A stretch of DNA of 11,475 nucleotides from Deferribacterales bacterium (GTDB lineage Bacteria > Chrysiogenota > Deferribacteres > Deferribacterales > Geovibrionaceae), in contig JBFWJG010000060.1 in assembly GCA_050253335.1 (NCBI GenBank), positions 1 to 11,475 on the forward strand. Reading direction: 5' to 3'. Every line of letters starts with the position of its first letter. The first letter of the stretch is position 1. Under the pieces are notes generated by a model, which saw only the letters and a program-made list of their open reading frames with translations, had not been told where the DNA came from and made no database searches. Positions 1 to 6,588 of this stretch are shown piece after piece. The position numbers and the translations under genes were made by a program.

Positions 1-75
1 CTATATGAATCACACACATAATTTATTCAGCAATCTCAATAGGCAGTCTTTATAGATAACTACTTGAAATTTACA

Positions 76-102
76 TCCCTGCGGGGCCATTCCCCACAGG
101 GA
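76..102 (-). terminator. GC-rich hairpin downstream of the 150-aa ORF, probable terminator
   Basis: Minus strand reads TCCCTGTGGGG-AATGG-CCCCGCAGGGA, an 11-bp stem. Its one imperfect pair is G-U on the minus strand but C-A on the plus strand. It lies 20 nt after the stop at 123; the U-tract is weak. Confidence 0.55.
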
Positions 103-122
103 CATATTAAAGATATTATCTC

Positions 123-575
123 TTACTTCTTTTGTTCTTCGATAATCCTTTTATCATTCTTAATATCAAAATTACGGAGAAGGGTTATTATTCGCCTTAT
201 TCTTGCCGCAAGTTCGTCCCTTTCCTCTTGCAAAGGACGAAGCTCAGACTCCATTTTTTTGAGCATGGGGTAAAGATAATCTTTTTCAATCTTCCACAGA
301 TCCCTATGTGTTATACGCTTACTAGCAAGCCTGATGCTTCTGTATCTTGTTCCTTTTTTCTGATTTTCGACATTAGTGAGCCTCTGTCGAAATTCAAAAT
401 GATGCGGACAATACAGGCAACCTTTTTTCGAGCAATAGTGCAGAGAAATATACACGGCTCCGGTTTTATAGCTAAGCTTCTGTTTTTTCACCGTCTCTTC
501 AAGACATTTCTTTACAAACTCAAAACGCTCGAAAAGTACCCTTGTCATATCGTACACTTCCAATAGTTCATTCAT
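123..575 (-). CDS. Hypothetical protein, 150 aa, with C-x4-C-x2-C-P-H putative Zn site and C-terminal coiled coil
   Basis: Strong RBS (AAGGAGG-ttcag-ATG), motif YCSKKGCLYCPHH, heptad-like helix (LKKMESELRPLQEERDELAARIRRI) and a downstream hairpin. It loosely resembles DUF6788-type CxxxxCxxC/H proteins (from memory, unverified). Confidence 0.75.
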   Translation of the reverse strand: MNELLEVYDMTRVLFERFEFVKKCLEETVKKQKLSYKTGAVYISLHYCSKKGCLYCPHHFEFRQRLTNVENQKKGTRYRSIRLASKRITHRDLWKIEKDYLYPMLKKMESELRPLQEERDELAARIRRIITLLRNFDIKNDKRIIEEQKK

Positions 576-593
576 CTGAACCTCCTTGATTAT

Positions 594-869
594 TTACAAG
601 GTCATAGCTCAAACCCCAGATGAAAAGTGTGTCTTTTTTGCAATTTCTGAAGAATCTGAAGTTTTTTTTTCAAGCCTCAAGTTTACGCATAGCGCATATT
701 AATATTATGATTAGCGACTATAAAAATATTTTAAAAAAGTATAAGCCGAATACCCAAATCACAAAATAAGCCTATAGTACAGCAGTTTAGTATTAAATCT
801 GTATCAGAGTGTTTTTTCAGGAATCTAAAAAAGACACAAAAAAGCACGGAGGAAAATTGTATGACTTGA
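594..869. promoter_or_regulatory. Divergent intergenic control region with two inverted, homologous modules
   Basis: Perfect 12-bp inverted repeat TGTGTCTTTTTT (628-639) / AAAAAAGACACA (827-838). Reading outward, each is preceded by TTCAGRAAT and followed exactly 21 nt later by TATGAC(C)TTG. Confidence 0.55.
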
Positions 870-897
870 TCAAGAAGGAAGTTAATAGAGGAAACAG

Positions 898-1194
898 ATG
901 TCAGACAAAAGGGTCATTTTTCTGCAAATGGTTTTTCAGGAAGACGGGAAAATAATTTCTGAAGATGTTACAAAAGAAGTCCTCAGAATGAAACAAGAAG
1001 CCAATACAAAAAAATTATCCAATGAAATTATGTCTGTTGAAGAAGTTGCCGAACTACTCAAGATCAAAGTTCGCTCAGTACGTAATAAAATGTGTAATGG
1101 AGAATTCTTAGAAGGTACGCACTATAAGAGACTTTCAAGACGCCATGTCGTATTTTATAAAAAAGCATTGCTGGAAATGCTCGGTCTGCCCTAA
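898..1194 (+). CDS. Helix-turn-helix DNA-binding protein, probable excisionase / recombination directionality factor
   Basis: RBS GAGG-aaacag-ATG. C-terminal HTH_17/AlpA-like pattern (IMSVEEVAELLKIKVRSVRNKM...GTHY...VVFYKKAL). Sits 9 nt upstream of the integrase, in lambda-like xis-int order. Confidence 0.8.
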   Translation: MSDKRVIFLQMVFQEDGKIISEDVTKEVLRMKQEANTKKLSNEIMSVEEVAELLKIKVRSVRNKMCNGEFLEGTHYKRLSRRHVVFYKKALLEMLGLP

Positions 1195-1203
1195 CTTATT
1201 CAA

Positions 1204-2355
1204 ATGAGATATTATATCAAAGATAATAAGCTGTGGGTTGATTTTTCATATAAAGGTGTCCGTTGCAGGGAATCTTTAAAAATCAAGCCTACCAAAGCAA
1301 ATCAGAAATATGCAGAGAGGCTGCTCGGAGAAATTGAAAATCGTATACTGGCGAAGACATTTAATTATGCTGATTATTTTCCTGAAAGCAAAAAATGCTT
1401 ATTATTCGGCGGCAAAAAGAATGTGACTCTTTCAATAGGTGAGTTGTTTCAGCAGTGGCTGGACAATGCGGAAAAGAGGTTCAAAGCTCAGCACATATCA
1501 AGAAGCACACTCAAAAATTATCATAAAGAAACTAAAGCATTCGTGGAATATTTTGACAGCAGCAATATTAAAAATATTACTAAAGCAGATATTGATGACT
1601 TCATCATTGACTATTCCATAGGGCGCAAAGCCAAGACTGTGAACAACAGCATTCTTACTCTGAAACAAGTCTTTAACTATGCAGTTGAAAAGGAATACCT
1701 TGAAACCAGTCCGATGCTGAAAATAGTACTGCTGAAAACAGAAAAACCGGATATACATCCGTTCAGCCATGAAGAAATGATGGCAATATTAAATGAGCTT
1801 AAAGAAAGCAGAGTATATCCAATAATCGCCACTTTATTTTTTACCGGAATGAGGATAGGAGAAGCCCTCTCTATGAAATGGGAGAACGTTGATTTCCATG
1901 AATGGACATACCATGTCAGAGAGTCCTTCTCCAACAACATGCTCACCAGAACAAAAACAAAGGAATCAAAAAGAATTATTGAACTGACAGAGCCAATGCA
2001 GCAGATTTTGCAAGGACAAAAATCAAAGACCTTTCTGCATTCCGAGTTTATATTTCTTAACAGCGATGGAAAGCCTTACACATCTTCCCACAGTATAATC
2101 AGGTACTACTGGAAACCGGTATTGAAAAAGCTTGGAATAGAATACCGTATTCCGTATCAATGCAGACATACATTTGCAGTGCTTTCTCTGAAACTAGGTG
2201 ATGACCCTGAGGATGTGGCAAAACAGCTCGGACACACATCACTCCAAATGCTTTTTACAAGATATGCAAGATTCATAAAAAACAGGGCAAAGAGAGAGTC
2301 AAAGTTCGCAGAATCTGTCACGATTTTGGCACGGAATAAAAAAGCCAGTGGATAA
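1204..2355 (+). CDS. int: Tyrosine recombinase / phage integrase with N-terminal arm-binding domain (DUF3596-like)
   Basis: N-terminal WVDFSYKGVRCRESL...FNYADYFPES arm-binding pattern. Catalytic motifs TGMRIGE (R), TKT (K), YQCRHT (Y-x-x-R variant of H-x-x-R), LGH and RYARF (Y). 383 aa, adjacent to a tRNA 3' end. Confidence 0.96.
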   Translation: MRYYIKDNKLWVDFSYKGVRCRESLKIKPTKANQKYAERLLGEIENRILAKTFNYADYFPESKKCLLFGGKKNVTLSIGELFQQWLDNAEKRFKAQHISRSTLKNYHKETKAFVEYFDSSNIKNITKADIDDFIIDYSIGRKAKTVNNSILTLKQVFNYAVEKEYLETSPMLKIVLLKTEKPDIHPFSHEEMMAILNELKESRVYPIIATLFFTGMRIGEALSMKWENVDFHEWTYHVRESFSNNMLTRTKTKESKRIIELTEPMQQILQGQKSKTFLHSEFIFLNSDGKPYTSSHSIIRYYWKPVLKKLGIEYRIPYQCRHTFAVLSLKLGDDPEDVAKQLGHTSLQMLFTRYARFIKNRAKRESKFAESVTILARNKKASG

Positions 2356-2370
2356 CCCACTGGCTTTTTT
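2338..2370. terminator. Bidirectional rho-independent terminator between int and tRNA-Val
   Basis: AAAAAA-GCCAGTGG-ATAAC-CCACTGGC-TTTTTT: a perfect 8-bp stem with a 6-nt U-tract on both strands. The int stop codon (2353-2355) is in the loop. Confidence 0.9.
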
Positions 2371-2382
2371 GGTGATTCTAAA

Positions 2383-2454
2383 TAGGCACGGGCGGTTTCG
2401 AACCGCCGACCCTTGCGACGTCAACGCAATGCTCTCCCGCTGAGCTACGCGCCT
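2383..2454 (-). tRNA. tRNA-Val(GAC), 3' CCA not encoded
   Basis: Cloverleaf on the minus strand: AGGCGCG/CGTGCCT acceptor, GCTC/GAGC D-stem, TTGCG-TTGACGT-CGCAA anticodon arm (GAC at 2422-2420), GGCGG-TTCGAAA-CCGCC T-arm, discriminator A. Confidence 0.96.
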
Positions 2455-2462
2455 GTAATTAA

Positions 2463-2577
2463 TAAGAATCCGTACATCCTGTCGGATTCTTACACACGCT
2501 CGCGCCGTGGTGAACACGGCTGCGCTGCGCACGGCGGTTTTCCGTCAGTGGAAAACCATATCAAAAATCCGTACAGG
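2463..2577. repeat. Cluster of palindromes, REP/REPIN- or MITE-like, upstream of tRNA-Val
   Basis: Hairpins at 2463-2492 (10-bp perfect stem TAAGAATCCG/CGGATTCTTA), 2504-2520 (GCCGTG/CACGGC) and 2536-2557 (GGTTTTCC/GGAAAACC). AATCCGTACA occurs at 2467-2476 and again at 2566-2575. Confidence 0.55.
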
Positions 2578-2680
2578 CAGACTCTTAACTCTCCCCCAAA
2601 TGCCGCCCCTAGCTTTCAACAGCTCAGCTTCACATATGTGAGAGAAAACTTATTGCATAACCGGAGAAAAAAATCAATCC

Positions 2681-3940
2681 CTAAAGATCGTTAATTACAA
2701 GTCCGGTCTGAAGTTTCGGGTAGAAGTAGGTTGATTTCTGCGGCATAACAAGCCCGCTTTCGGAAATCTCCCTCACAACTTCGATATCCACACCCTTCAT
2801 CATGAATGCGAGTGCGGGTTTCTTAGCCATGAGAGCCTTTATCTGCTCCATAGTCTGAAGGAAGTATATCCCCTCTTTGCGGAGTATCTGCTCATCGGAA
2901 ATGCCTGTTCCGGGCTTAATGAGAGTCTCCTGAATCACATATGGGTCCACCTTTCTGTATGTGGGGTGAAGGGTTTCAAGCACCTCATCCCTGAGAGTAA
3001 GCCCGATGTATTTCTCACCGGTGAACACTGCGAAGTTTCTCGCAGGCCCCTTTGTGTTGAGAAATTTATCCGCGGCGTCAAAGGACGCAAGCTCCGAGAC
3101 TTCATAATTTTTCCCGACCTTTTCGATAAATTCCTCAAGGCTGAAATCTTTGGGAACTTCCACCACCCTGTGCGTGGGGAAAATTTTGAGCCCTTCGTCA
3201 TAGAAGTTCACAAACATCATCATAACAAAATCGTAAGGCTTGACATTGCCTTCCAGATCATTGTTCTGCTCTCTTTTGAACTTTTTGTAGTCCAGAGCGG
3301 TTTCATATCTGTGATGACCGTCGGCTATGTAGATAGCCTTGTCCTTCATAAAATTCTCTATTTCTTCAATAACCTTTGTGTCTGTTATCTGCCAGATGGT
3401 GTTTTTAACCCCTTCATCATCCACAGCGGAGGCAACGGGCATGTTTTTCTTGGCGTTTGTGAAGGCGGAGGAAAGCTTGTTCTCCTTATCCATATACAGG
3501 CCGAAGATCTGGCTGAAGTTGGTCTGACATGCCTTCATAAGCTCAAAACGGTCTTTCTTGGGGCCGGAGAGTGTTTTCTCATGGGGAAAGACAGATCCTT
3601 TGCCCAGTTCCTCAAGCTTGAGGAGGCCGACAAAGCCTGTTCTGACATACTCCTTGCCGCCGAAGCTGTATATCTGCTCATAGAGATAATAGCCCTGCTC
3701 CTTGTCTCTGAGGAGTGTGCCGTCCTTTTTCCAGTTTTCATAAAGATGTGCGGCATTCTGATACTTTGCGTCGCCTTCGCCGTCAGGAAGATCAAGCCTC
3801 ACCACATTGGCGGCGCATCTGCCCTTCAGCGTCTCTTTCATTTCATCCGATATTACATCGTACGGAGGGGCGACAACCTGTTTGAGAAGAACCTTCTCCA
3901 GATTATAGCGCACACCCATGAAAGGTTTTACAATAGCCAC
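2681..3940 (-). CDS. DUF1015 family protein
   Basis: GTG start with GGAGG RBS. Family motifs APPYDVI, PHEKT, IADGHHRYETA and MPQKSTYFYPKL. Confidence 0.92.
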   Translation of the reverse strand: MAIVKPFMGVRYNLEKVLLKQVVAPPYDVISDEMKETLKGRCAANVVRLDLPDGEGDAKYQNAAHLYENWKKDGTLLRDKEQGYYLYEQIYSFGGKEYVRTGFVGLLKLEELGKGSVFPHEKTLSGPKKDRFELMKACQTNFSQIFGLYMDKENKLSSAFTNAKKNMPVASAVDDEGVKNTIWQITDTKVIEEIENFMKDKAIYIADGHHRYETALDYKKFKREQNNDLEGNVKPYDFVMMMFVNFYDEGLKIFPTHRVVEVPKDFSLEEFIEKVGKNYEVSELASFDAADKFLNTKGPARNFAVFTGEKYIGLTLRDEVLETLHPTYRKVDPYVIQETLIKPGTGISDEQILRKEGIYFLQTMEQIKALMAKKPALAFMMKGVDIEVVREISESGLVMPQKSTYFYPKLQTGLVINDL

Positions 3941-3949
3941 CTGAGCCTC

Positions 3950-5149
3950 CTAGCCTGCAATGATTCTGGCAAATTTTCTTTTGCCTACTTTAAGTATGTG
4001 TTCTCCCTTTGCCGGGATCATGTCAAGGTTTTCAACACGCTCATTATTGAGGTAAACCCCGCCCTGTTTTGCCGTTCTTCTGGCTTCGCCGTTGCTGGGG
4101 GCGAAATCAAGCTCCCTGATTATATCAAGCAGAGATTTGCCTTCGGTGCTGAGCTCCGGCATGTTTTCGGGATTCTCTTTATTGGAAAACACTTTCTCGA
4201 AGTTTTCCCTTGCGTCTTTCCCTGCCTCTTCTCCCCAGTATCTGGCAACAATCTCCACTGCGAGGCGTTTTTTAGCCTCCATTGGGTGGAGAGCGCCTGA
4301 AGCTATATCCTTCTTCATCTGCTCTATTTCAGCAAGGCTGAGATCAGAAAGAAGAAGGTAGTAGCGCATCATAAGCTCATCAGTGATCGACATAAGCTTG
4401 CCGAACATCTCCGAAGGCTGTTCGCTGATGCCCACATAGTTGTTGAGGGATTTGGACATTTTATTAACGCCGTCAAGCCCTTCGAGAATGGGCACTGTGA
4501 TGGCGTTCTGCGGTCTCTGCCCGTGGTCTTTCTGAAGTTCCCTGCCCACAAGGAGATTGAACTTCTGATCGGTTCCGCCCAGTTCCACGTCTGATTTGAG
4601 AGCTACTGAGTCATACCCCTGAACCAGCGGGTAGAGAAATTCGTGTATGCTGATGGGTCTGTTGTCCTTATATCTTTTGGAAAAATCATCCCGCTCAAGC
4701 ATTCTGGCGACAGTGTAGGAGGACGCGAGCCTGATCATGTCCACGGCGCTCATAGCTTCCATCCATGTGCTGTTGAAAGCAACTTCTGTCTTCTCCGGAT
4801 CAAGAATTTTAAACACCTGTTCCTTATAGGTTTCCGCATTTTTAAGCACTTCTTCCTTGGTGAGGGCTTTTCTTGTCTCGGACTTGCCGGAAGGATCGCC
4901 TATCATCCCTGTGAAATCGCCTATGAGGAAAATTACATGGTGTCCCAGTTCCTGAAAATGTTTGAGTTTCTGAATAAGAACCGTGTGTCCGAGGTGAAGA
5001 TCCGGCGCAGTGGGGTCAAACCCTGCCTTGATCCTCAGAGGGACTCCGGTTTTGAGTGATTCTTCGAGCTTTTTCGTCAGTTCCTCTTCGGAGATGATCT
5101 CCTCGGTTCCCCGTCTTATAAGCTCCATCTGCTGTTGTACAGGTAGCAC
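3950..5149 (-). CDS. tyrS: Tyrosine--tRNA ligase (type 2, TyrZ-like)
   Basis: [13 protein letters not shown] (HIGH motif), [22 protein letters not shown] and a C-terminal S4-like domain ending VGKRKF. GTG start with GGAGG RBS. Confidence 0.98.
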   Translation of the reverse strand: MLPVQQQMELIRRGTEEIISEEELTKKLEESLKTGVPLRIKAGFDPTAPDLHLGHTVLIQKLKHFQELGHHVIFLIGDFTGMIGDPSGKSETRKALTKEEVLKNAETYKEQVFKILDPEKTEVAFNSTWMEAMSAVDMIRLASSYTVARMLERDDFSKRYKDNRPISIHEFLYPLVQGYDSVALKSDVELGGTDQKFNLLVGRELQKDHGQRPQNAITVPILEGLDGVNKMSKSLNNYVGISEQPSEMFGKLMSITDELMMRYYLLLSDLSLAEIEQMKKDIASGALHPMEAKKRLAVEIVARYWGEEAGKDARENFEKVFSNKENPENMPELSTEGKSLLDIIRELDFAPSNGEARRTAKQGGVYLNNERVENLDMIPAKGEHILKVGKRKFARIIAG

Positions 5150-5238
5150 TTAGCCCTCCAAATTTACACGGACTAACCGCCTGTCCTGAGCGGCTTTCCG
5201 GCGATCTGCCCTGTCTCTGAAACTGGCGCAAATCCGTA
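5150..5238 (-). promoter_or_regulatory. Structured 5' leader of tyrS, candidate cis-regulatory RNA
   Basis: ~90-nt GC-rich leader. The 5' ACGGATT (5237-5231) pairs with AGTCCGT (5174-5168), enclosing further stems (TTGC/GCAG, AGCCGC/GCGGTT). No known riboswitch or T-box consensus was recognised. Confidence 0.45.
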
Positions 5239-5241
5239 GTC

Positions 5242-5270
5242 AATATATACGATCAATCGTCCAAGTTCAA
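5242..5270 (-). promoter_or_regulatory. Sigma70-type promoter for tyrS
   Basis: Minus strand TTGAAC (5270-5265), 17-nt spacer, TATATT (5247-5242). The predicted start near 5237-5235 coincides with the 5' end of the leader stem. Confidence 0.65.
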
Positions 5271-5283
5271 GTAAAGTCTTGAT

Positions 5284-6078
5284 TTACGCCTGTTCAGGAA
5301 GAATCAGAGACATTATCTGCGGTTCAAGGAATATGTAGAGAAGCGCCGCTGCGGCTATAAACAAACCGAAGGGTATCATGTAGTTTTTGTCTTTTTTGAG
5401 GATAACAAGAGGTATGCCGACGGCGGAACCTATGAGGGCACTGCCGAAGACTATGAAATACACAGGAACATATCCGAGAAAAGCGCCGATCATCATCATA
5501 AGCTTGATGTCTCCGCCGCCCATGCCTTCCTGCCTGCGGAGCTTTTTATACAGCCACGCGGGAATCCACAGGGAAAGAAAGCCCGCTGCGGCGCCGATCA
5601 GCGAATCTGTTATGCCCGGATGGGTTATGAAAGAAAACATGACTCCCATGACCGCCCCGCCCAGAGTGTAAGTATCAGGAATTATGCCGCATTCAAACTC
5701 GGGATCGGCCGCGGTGAAAACATCCGTCAAGCCCGCTCCCAGAAGCAGAAATACAAAAACAAGATATTTCAGCGTGTACAGGCTTATTCCGAATTTCAGG
5801 AAAACCAGCAGAAACATGACTCCGGTGAGGAGCTCCACCAGCGGATACTTCATGGATATTTTCCCGCCGCAGTCACGGCATCTGCCTTTCAGGAGAATGA
5901 AGCCTATGAGGGGAATATTAGGATAAAACCTGATTCTGTGTCCGCATTCAGGGCAGCTTGACGGAGGATAAGCGACAGACAGCCCCCTCGGGAGCCTTGC
6001 GATCAGCACATTAAGGAAACTGCCGAACACGAGCCCGATTATAAAAACATATGAAGACAGGACTGCAAAAGGGGGCAA
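5284..6078 (-). CDS. pilD: Prepilin peptidase / N-methyltransferase (A24A, PilD-like)
   Basis: GSFLNVLIARLP, two CxxC motifs (SSCPEC, GRCRDC), catalytic Asp motifs (TD...IIPD; GMGGGDIKL), IPFG and several TM helices. TTG start; exact start uncertain. Confidence 0.93.
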   Translation of the reverse strand: MPPFAVLSSYVFIIGLVFGSFLNVLIARLPRGLSVAYPPSSCPECGHRIRFYPNIPLIGFILLKGRCRDCGGKISMKYPLVELLTGVMFLLVFLKFGISLYTLKYLVFVFLLLGAGLTDVFTAADPEFECGIIPDTYTLGGAVMGVMFSFITHPGITDSLIGAAAGFLSLWIPAWLYKKLRRQEGMGGGDIKLMMMIGAFLGYVPVYFIVFGSALIGSAVGIPLVILKKDKNYMIPFGLFIAAAALLYIFLEPQIMSLILPEQA

Positions 6079-6086
6079 GAGAGACC

Positions 6087-6551
6087 TTATTTTTCCTGGA
6101 GCGCCGCTTCTATGACGAAGCTGCTGCCTTCCAGACTGAATTTCACGCAGAGGCTTTTTGTTGTTCTCTGCTTGGCTATTTTATGGTCTTTTCCGAGAAT
6201 CACGTTGGGAATGGAGATTTTGAACCTTACGCCGAGACGGGAGAAGATCTGTTTTGCGCCGCCTGCGATCATGTTGAGGATTTCGCCTATTGCGTCCGTA
6301 ACATCTTCGTCAATCGCGCTTTTTTCTTCTCCGGCGAAGCTCTTGTAAATCCTCAGTGCGAGTGTTTCGGGCATACTGATTATAACAAATCCGTTAGCGT
6401 CACCGGCAAGGCCTATCACTCCGGAGATTTCATTGACGAAATCCTTCTCATCGCGGACATAGACCTCTTCCTTCTTAGGCTCGGCGCCTACCATGGTTTT
6501 AAAAACTTCGCTGGTGGAAATTATAAAAGGATTGATATGCTCAGCTTTCAT
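6087..6551 (-). CDS. cheX: Chemotaxis phosphatase CheX family protein
   Basis: INPF N-terminus, ISGVIGLAG, E-x2-N catalytic motif (DAIGEILNMIAG) and ISIPNVILG. RBS GAGG. Confidence 0.9.
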   Translation of the reverse strand: MKAEHINPFIISTSEVFKTMVGAEPKKEEVYVRDEKDFVNEISGVIGLAGDANGFVIISMPETLALRIYKSFAGEEKSAIDEDVTDAIGEILNMIAGGAKQIFSRLGVRFKISIPNVILGKDHKIAKQRTTKSLCVKFSLEGSSFVIEAALQEK

Positions 6552-6588
6552 AGAACCTCAAAAATCCGCCGGATTTGCCGCTGTATGT

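Larger units (their letters stand above)
1..2382. mobile_element. End of an integrated element (prophage, satellite or genomic island) inserted at tRNA-Val; continues beyond the left edge
   Basis: An xis-like gene and a tyrosine integrase abut the 3' end of a tRNA gene. The segment is visibly more AT-rich than the DNA after ~2390. The second att copy is not in the window, so element type and size are unknown. Confidence 0.85.

Noticed and set aside
132..566. 144-aa plus-strand ORF (also 64-273)
   Set aside because: Antisense to the 150-aa ORF, which has the strong RBS, Cys motif and downstream hairpin.
682..764. Face-to-face sigma70 promoters (plus TTTACG-N18-TATGAT; minus TTGTGA-N15-TATACT)
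   Set aside because: Spacing is suboptimal and the region is so AT-rich that such matches are expected by chance.
809..955. 48-aa GTG-start ORF whose peptide aligns with a mirror peptide on the minus strand (FF...KKDT....G..YDL)
   Set aside because: The similarity is explained by the DNA-level inverted modules, whose flanks are offset by 1 nt. The ORF overlaps xis out of frame and the GTG lacks a clear RBS.
2155..2172. Inactive integrase because H-x-x-R reads Y-Q-C-R
   Set aside because: Tyr at this position is a common variant in this integrase subfamily, and the other catalytic residues and the reading frame are intact.
2630..2641. CRP/FNR site at TCACATATGTGA
   Set aside because: Half-sites are in the wrong order and spacing for TGTGA-N6-TCACA; kept only as an unexplained palindrome.
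2299..2694. ORFs 2299-2532 (-) and 2413-2694 (+)
   Set aside because: They run through the tRNA gene and palindromes and are most likely spurious.
2966..4300. 444-aa plus-strand ORF
   Set aside because: Antisense shadow of DUF1015 and tyrS, with no recognisable motifs; the minus-strand genes have clear family signatures.
5150..5238. T-box, glycine riboswitch or SRP RNA upstream of tyrS
   Set aside because: No T-box UGGNACC or specifier stem and too short. Only fragmentary resemblance (CGCCG, CUCAGG) to the glycine aptamer. No SRP CAGG-GGAA-AGCA domain.
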